Both the position numbers and the translations under genes were made by a program. A DNA stretch of 32,000 bases from Candidatus Babelota bacterium (GTDB taxonomy: Bacteria; Babelota; Babeliae; Babelales; Vermiphilaceae), in NCBI GenBank assembly GCA_039809905.1, contig JBDHVY010000001.1:540001-572000 (forward strand), in the 5' to 3' direction. Below are positions 27,156-32,000 of the stretch, piece by piece. The notes under the pieces were generated by a model that saw nothing but the letters and a program-made list of their open reading frames with translations, was not told where the DNA came from and did not search any database. How positions within the stretch are numbered: the first letter of the stretch is position 1; each line of letters starts with the position of its first letter.

Positions 27156-28457
27156 GTGGTCATGAAACATATTTTTTTATTAGAAGTTATCAAAAAATTA
27201 GCTCATTTCTTATTTCAGCTCATTCCTTGCTGCGCTCGCCCTGAACTTGTTGAAGGGTATCCTTACGAGCGCTCGAAGATACCCTTCAACAAGTTCAGGG
27301 CGAGCGGGAGAATAAAATTAAAGACTTTAGATAATTCTGAATACTCAAAAAAAATCCTATTGAGAACATTATTAATCAATATGGTATTATTTAGCTGTGT
27401 TTTTATTAACATCTACGCTGAGGAAACTCCTGCCTATTATAGCGAAAATATCGATACTATTAGCGATGTTATGCAAGAAGTTGGCGATACAAATGTTTCC
27501 GCTCAAGAGAATCCTACACATCATAACGAATCAATTAATACTGGCGACGAGATTGTTGAAGATTTTAGCAATCGAGCAAACCAAAAAATTGGACCCAGTG
27601 CTATCACCTATAAATTAAACGGAGGGCGATTTGGTGATAATTTGGTTTCGTATTGCAAAGCAAAATTGCTTTCTCTATTATTTGATGTTCCATTGCTTTA
27701 TATGCCTTTCCCTTATTCCGATGAATTAATGATTCATCATAATGAAAAAATGTATACGCAAGAACAACACAAGCAATTTTATGCCACCGTACAATTAATT
27801 AAAAAGCCTCCCTACATCCTTTCAAAAAATAACAATACTCTTTATATCTCTCGCTGGAAAACAGAGATTACTATTGATTGGTCTGATCAGAACTTTTTAG
27901 AAGAAATAAAAAAAAATATTGCTCCGATCAACGAGCTTGAAAAAGTTATTATCCCTGAAGATTGTATTTCTGTTGCCGCACACGTACGCAATGGTGGAAG
28001 CTTTGCGGCAGATACTGCGCAAGAAAAAGAACGTTGCCCATTACGCTTTGTCCCCGAAGAATTTTTTATTGATCAAATACAACGAATCACTGAAATGTTT
28101 CCTGAAGGCAACATTTATGTTTATATTTTTACCGATCATGCAAAACCAAAAAAATTAATGAAAAAATTTAAAAATGCTCTTAATAATCCCCGCATTACTT
28201 TTGATTGCAGAATAGAAGGCAATAGTCACAAAGATAATGTTTTGGAAGACTTTTTTTCTATGATGGATTTTGATTGTCTCATTCGTCCTGGATCACATTA
28301 TTCACGTTTTGTGCAAAGACTTGGCAATAACAAAGTAGTGATTTTTCCCGAAAGTGTTAAAGAAATTAACGGGAAAAAAGTAATTGATACCATTAAGATA
28401 AAAACGCGACAAAGTAGCAGTGAAAAATGGAAAACACAAAAGATCATTATTGCATAA
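27156..28457 (+). CDS. Exported fucosyltransferase-like (GT11/GT-B-like) protein; true N-terminus uncertain
   Basis: YKLNGGRFGDNLVSYCKAKLLSLLFDVPLLYMPF; ISVAAHVRNGGSF; IYVYIFTDHAKP; DFDCLIRPGSHYSRFVQRLGN. Start is GTG 27156, ATG 27162, or possibly TTG 27360. Confidence 0.6.
   Translation: MVMKHIFLLEVIKKLAHFLFQLIPCCARPELVEGYPYERSKIPFNKFRASGRIKLKTLDNSEYSKKILLRTLLINMVLFSCVFINIYAEETPAYYSENIDTISDVMQEVGDTNVSAQENPTHHNESINTGDEIVEDFSNRANQKIGPSAITYKLNGGRFGDNLVSYCKAKLLSLLFDVPLLYMPFPYSDELMIHHNEKMYTQEQHKQFYATVQLIKKPPYILSKNNNTLYISRWKTEITIDWSDQNFLEEIKKNIAPINELEKVIIPEDCISVAAHVRNGGSFAADTAQEKERCPLRFVPEEFFIDQIQRITEMFPEGNIYVYIFTDHAKPKKLMKKFKNALNNPRITFDCRIEGNSHKDNVLEDFFSMMDFDCLIRPGSHYSRFVQRLGNNKVVIFPESVKEINGKKVIDTIKIKTRQSSSEKWKTQKIIIA
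27233..27306. repeat. 74-bp palindromic (REP/RPE-like) element inside an ORF
   Basis: 29-bp perfect inverted repeat CGCTCGCCCTGAACTTGTTGAAGGGTATC (27233-27261) / GATACCCTTCAACAAGTTCAGGGCGAGCG (27278-27306), with an inner CGAGCGCTCG palindrome. Confidence 0.95.
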
Positions 28458-28460
28458 ATA

Positions 28461-30593
28461 TCATTGTGGCTTTTTACCTAACCACGCTTTAGCTGTTGCT
28501 ATCCAGCGATTGATAAAATCTGGCAATATCACCGAATCAGAAGCTGGTAGTATATCTAATGGTTCTGATAATGATGGATATTCACCCAAAGATGGTGTAG
28601 GGGGTAACGTTGATGGCAATGACTCATAAGCAAGCGATTCTGATGGTAATGAAGATGACCACAATAGATCAGACAATAATTTTTTGATACTTTCTGGAAA
28701 GAAGTCTAAATTTTGATTTCCTATAGGATTTGCTCCCAAACACATTTGATAGAGAGGCATTAGTAAATTCCAATCGTAATTATTTATCTGTTTCAAGATT
28801 TGATCTTCTTCATCAGTTAATAAAGTCCATAAGGTTAAATTGCATCTCGAATCAGCCAGCCATGATCTGTCAGGAATACTCGTTGTAACCAATTTCTTGC
28901 CGTCATGGCTCCAAGCCACTGAAGTATAGTAAAAATCTTTAGATTCTGGAATTGTATAATGTGTTATATGATCATAATCACTTATATTCCAAAATAGAAT
29001 CCGATTACCATTATTTTCATAGTTTATAGAAACCATTGTACTGCTATCAGGACTGAAAGCTATAGCATTACTATTATATCCAAGTTCTAATTGGAAAATC
29101 TTAGGCAATCTCCAGAAATTTTCTTGCTGCTTTATGAGGTTTTTATGAGTTATGTTATTCCTGTCATCAATATCCCACAAAATAAGACTCCGCTCAGACA
29201 GCGGATTAGTTCCTCTTTCTCCATCATCGCCATGTGAGACAATTTTTGTTGTATCTGGACTAAATTTTACTTCATACACATTCGGCTGAGCAGTAAGGCC
29301 TATTGCCTGCAAAGTAGATACATCCCATATTTTCACATTTTTCTCATCACCCATTCCTCCTGAAACAACCTCCGTCGAATCAGCATTAAATGCCATGCAA
29401 TTAACAAGTCCCTTATAATTTCCTATAAATTTTTTGATTGTTCCTTCACGTCTATCAGTATGTATCTCGGTCATAGTAATATTGTCTCCTTTAGCAAAGG
29501 AACTGACTAATATTTTGGTACCATCTGGACTAACTACCACAGACCGAACTATTGCACCTTCAAGTTTCTTTACTTTCAAATCATCTTTTTTGGATAAATA
29601 GCCTTGGCTTCCAATCATTATTTTCAATTCACCAACAGAATTCAGGTAAATAAGAGATTGGTCATCAGAAGGAATAGTTACCGACACAACAGATTCAGCT
29701 CCCTCAAAAGAAAATAATTTTTTACCTGTTAAATCACATATAGTAAGATATTCGCGAACATTTCTAGGAGTGAATTTATGTCCAAAGATAATCTTAGAAT
29801 CATCTGCACTAAACATTGCGCAGGTAAAATATTCATTGTTTTTCTGCATTTTTTCTGAGACTATTATTTTTTTTCTTTTTTGCGCATACTTTTGAATAAT
29901 CAGGTCTTTTAACCATTGCTTAATTGGTCCAACCACTAATAATTTTTGTACATCAACGTTCAGCTCTGCAAATTTATCATCTCTGATGATGTTATTATTT
30001 TCGTATACTCTTTTTTTTATTTCAGCATACATTGCTTCTTCAATAGTTCGACCACAGCTTAAGAATTTAATACAATCAATAGCATCAATAAGTCGACCTA
30101 ACGAATATTTTTCTATGATGCTTGTTATGTTATTTTTTTGTGACAATGTATCTTGACCCTCAAGATATTGCGTAAAAATAGCATAAATATCTTTAATCAC
30201 TCTATTAGAATAAGAAAGCGGAATTTCAATCTTTTCCGATGAATCAGGACCTTCTATCATGTCTTTTAAAGTATCACTCACCTCAAGTACACGCTGCGAA
30301 AAATAAACTCCCTCAGATGAGAGCTCATTGGGATCACTTGAATACACAAAAATTTCATTGTTTTTAAATTCTGGCTGCACTTGTTTATCAACCGTTTCAA
30401 CGGACGATGCTTCTTTATTAAGTCTTTCAACAAAAGATGCTATCTCTTTCATTTGCCTCAATCGTAGATACTCAGGAAGAAGAGATTGAGGCAAAACTTC
30501 ATCATCTTTATTTTCCATTCCTGCGACATCACAGGAAACACATAACACAATTAAACACAGTAAATAGAACTTTTTATTGCTGAAATAATTCAT
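28461..30593 (-). CDS. Exported SKP1/BTB-like plus WD40-like repeat protein
   Basis: GAGGAA SD supports ATG 30593; leader MNYFSNKKFYLLCLIVLCVSC. SKP1-like segment FVYSSDPNELSSEGVYFSQRVLEVSDTLKDMIEGPDSSEKIEIPL. WD-like blades: VVSPDGTKILVSS, NVKIWDVSTLQ, VKFSPDTTKIVSHGDDG, LILWDI, IAFSPDSSTMVS, VAWSHDGKKLVTTS, LTLWTLL. Confidence 0.88.
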   Translation of the reverse strand: MNYFSNKKFYLLCLIVLCVSCDVAGMENKDDEVLPQSLLPEYLRLRQMKEIASFVERLNKEASSVETVDKQVQPEFKNNEIFVYSSDPNELSSEGVYFSQRVLEVSDTLKDMIEGPDSSEKIEIPLSYSNRVIKDIYAIFTQYLEGQDTLSQKNNITSIIEKYSLGRLIDAIDCIKFLSCGRTIEEAMYAEIKKRVYENNNIIRDDKFAELNVDVQKLLVVGPIKQWLKDLIIQKYAQKRKKIIVSEKMQKNNEYFTCAMFSADDSKIIFGHKFTPRNVREYLTICDLTGKKLFSFEGAESVVSVTIPSDDQSLIYLNSVGELKIMIGSQGYLSKKDDLKVKKLEGAIVRSVVVSPDGTKILVSSFAKGDNITMTEIHTDRREGTIKKFIGNYKGLVNCMAFNADSTEVVSGGMGDEKNVKIWDVSTLQAIGLTAQPNVYEVKFSPDTTKIVSHGDDGERGTNPLSERSLILWDIDDRNNITHKNLIKQQENFWRLPKIFQLELGYNSNAIAFSPDSSTMVSINYENNGNRILFWNISDYDHITHYTIPESKDFYYTSVAWSHDGKKLVTTSIPDRSWLADSRCNLTLWTLLTDEEDQILKQINNYDWNLLMPLYQMCLGANPIGNQNLDFFPESIKKLLSDLLWSSSLPSESLAYESLPSTLPPTPSLGEYPSLSEPLDILPASDSVILPDFINRWIATAKAWLGKKPQ

Positions 30594-30771
30594 ACGATTC
30601 CTCAATTAAACTCATTTAATTATCAAAATCCTATCAAGTATTTATCATAAGATATATTCAAAAAGAAAATCAATAAATCGTTTTTATAGTAAAAAACAGC
30701 TGAAAAGGTACTTGATTTCTTAAACAAAAAGAATATAGAGTTAGATCATATTTTAATCAAAAGGAATGCAT

Positions 30772-31533
30772 ATGCCTTATTATATGATAGAGTTGGCGAC
30801 CATATTGCTTATGTATCTTATAGGAATGGTTACATTGACGTGTTATAAAAAAGACACTAGCATTGGAAATTTCACCTGGGGTGGAGGAGTTTTACTGGTT
30901 TCTTTATATACTTTTTTTCGCATGAGTAGTTTTTTATTGCAACAAATACTCGTTACTGCTTTTATTGGAGCATGGGCAATCCGTCTTATCGCATACATAT
31001 ACATACGGTATACCGGCAATGATCCACGATTTGTTACCTGGAAAAAACAAGGAATTAAAGGACTTATTATAAACATCGTATGGATATTTGGTCAGATTAT
31101 CATGATTGCCATTATGAGTTACCCAATTGTATTAATTAATTTTTACAATAATCCTCATCCTTTTTCTATGTTTGATATGCTTGGACTTGCAATGTGGGTA
31201 TGTGGATACTATTGGGAAGCTGTTAGCGATCAACAATTATTTAATTTTATACGCAATCCACTCAATAAAGGTAAAATTCTTCAATCAGGTTTATGGCATT
31301 ATTCTCGTCACCCAAATTATTTTGGAGAAAGCCTGATGTGGATAGGAATTTATGTTCTTGCACTTTCAGTACCATATGGCTGGACTGCGTGTATTACTCC
31401 TATCACCATAACTTTTTTATTAAGATTTGTAACAGGTGTTCCTTTACTTGAAAATGCAATGAAAGATAATCCTGAATATCAAAAATATAAAGCAAAAACA
31501 AACACGTTTATTCCTTGGTTTGCCAAAGAGTAA
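30772..31533 (+). CDS. DUF1295 / steroid 5-alpha-reductase-like membrane protein
   Basis: Multiple TM segments; QLFNFIRNPLNKGKILQSGLWHYSRHPNYFGESLMWIGIYV...; YKAKTNTFIPWF. AAAAGGA spacing favours ATG 30772 over 30766. Confidence 0.9.
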   Translation: MPYYMIELATILLMYLIGMVTLTCYKKDTSIGNFTWGGGVLLVSLYTFFRMSSFLLQQILVTAFIGAWAIRLIAYIYIRYTGNDPRFVTWKKQGIKGLIINIVWIFGQIIMIAIMSYPIVLINFYNNPHPFSMFDMLGLAMWVCGYYWEAVSDQQLFNFIRNPLNKGKILQSGLWHYSRHPNYFGESLMWIGIYVLALSVPYGWTACITPITITFLLRFVTGVPLLENAMKDNPEYQKYKAKTNTFIPWFAKE

Positions 31534-31570
31534 CAGTGCTTTTTAACCAAATATAAGCCAACAAGATTTA

Positions 31571-32000
31571 TTATTGTGATTTTTTTATCCAAAAGCTTTT
31601 AATTTTAGCTATCCAACGATTGATAAAATCAGGCAATATTATTGAAGAAGTATTTGGTAATAAATCCAATGGTGCATATAATGAATCTGGATCTGTTCGC
31701 TCTGATAGATCATCATCTAGACGTATTGGATCCGATGGCCATAATAAACCAGATAATAATTTTTTCATATTATTTGGCAGAAGGATTAAATCGTCATTTT
31801 TTAGAGGTTTTTCTGCTAAACAAAGTTGGTAGAGTAATCTCAACCAAGCTGGATTATAATTTTTCACATTATCCAAGAGTATTTTTTCTTCCTCGGTCAA
31901 TAACGTATATAATGTTATATTATAGGATAATTGAACTCCAGAAGTATTTGCTGTTATCAATTTTGTATCATCATGGCTCAGTGCTGCTGCTGAATAAAAA
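31571..32000 (-). CDS. C-terminal part of a second WD40-like paralog (5' end outside window)
   Basis: The frame stays open to the edge, reading FYSAAALSHDDTKLITANTSGVQLSYNITLYTLLTEEEKI. This aligns with FYYTSVAWSHDGKKLVTTS...CNLTLWTLLTDEEDQI of the 28461 gene; shared tail LPDFINRWIA. The ORF-track start at 31960 is an in-frame TTG. Confidence 0.9.
   Translation of the reverse strand, partial: FYSAAALSHDDTKLITANTSGVQLSYNITLYTLLTEEEKILLDNVKNYNPAWLRLLYQLCLAEKPLKNDDLILLPNNMKKLLSGLLWPSDPIRLDDDLSERTDPDSLYAPLDLLPNTSSIILPDFINRWIAKIKSFWIKKSQ

Noticed and set aside
27233-27306. Palindrome as an intrinsic terminator
   Set aside because: The arms are far longer than needed, no U-tract follows, and it sits inside an open reading frame; a dispersed palindromic element is more likely.
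28420-28629. 69-aa plus-strand ORF bridging the ends of the fucosyltransferase-like and WD40 genes
   Set aside because: Antisense to the WD40 gene C-terminus, which is conserved with the paralog at 31571.
28461-30593. WD40 protein as a lipoprotein
   Set aside because: The leader ends LIVLCVSC, which is not a convincing lipobox at -3; a plain signal peptide is the safer call.
31571-31960. Complete 129-aa protein as listed in the ORF track
   Set aside because: The start is an in-frame TTG. The frame continues to the window edge with paralog-matching residues (FYSAAALSHDDTK), so it is a truncated larger gene.

Overview
The window reads as an AT-rich chromosome segment from an intracellular, probably Dependentiae/TM6-like, bacterium. 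That lineage guess comes from protein style only and was not tested. Housekeeping anchors are secA (3' part), hisS, a DUF1653 gene, a PfkB sugar kinase, a P2A-type Ca2+ ATPase, an OmpH/Skp-like gene, pth, alaS and a DUF1295 gene. About 18 of the roughly 27 genes start with a signal-peptide-like segment. The main candidates are: (1) an exported protein combining a SKP1/BTB-like N-terminal domain with a WD40-like propeller (28461-30593 -), plus a second WD40 paralog running off the right edge; (2) a 22.0-28.5 kb neighbourhood of unlinked, individually exported carbohydrate enzymes: an OCH1/toxin-type glycosyltransferase, a UDP-glucose dehydrogenase with a signal peptide, a GT2 enzyme, a GT77-like enzyme and a fucosyltransferase-like protein; (3) a tandem family of four small secreted proteins (4977-8230) with modular architecture, where a duplicated intergenic stem-loop carries a compensatory base change; (4) a near-perfect 74-bp palindromic element inserted in frame near the start of the fucosyltransferase-like ORF; (5) an exported GNAT acetyltransferase; (6) a GC-rich, multi-hairpin intergenic island upstream of hisS. 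No CRISPR array, tRNA, rRNA or transposase was recognised.
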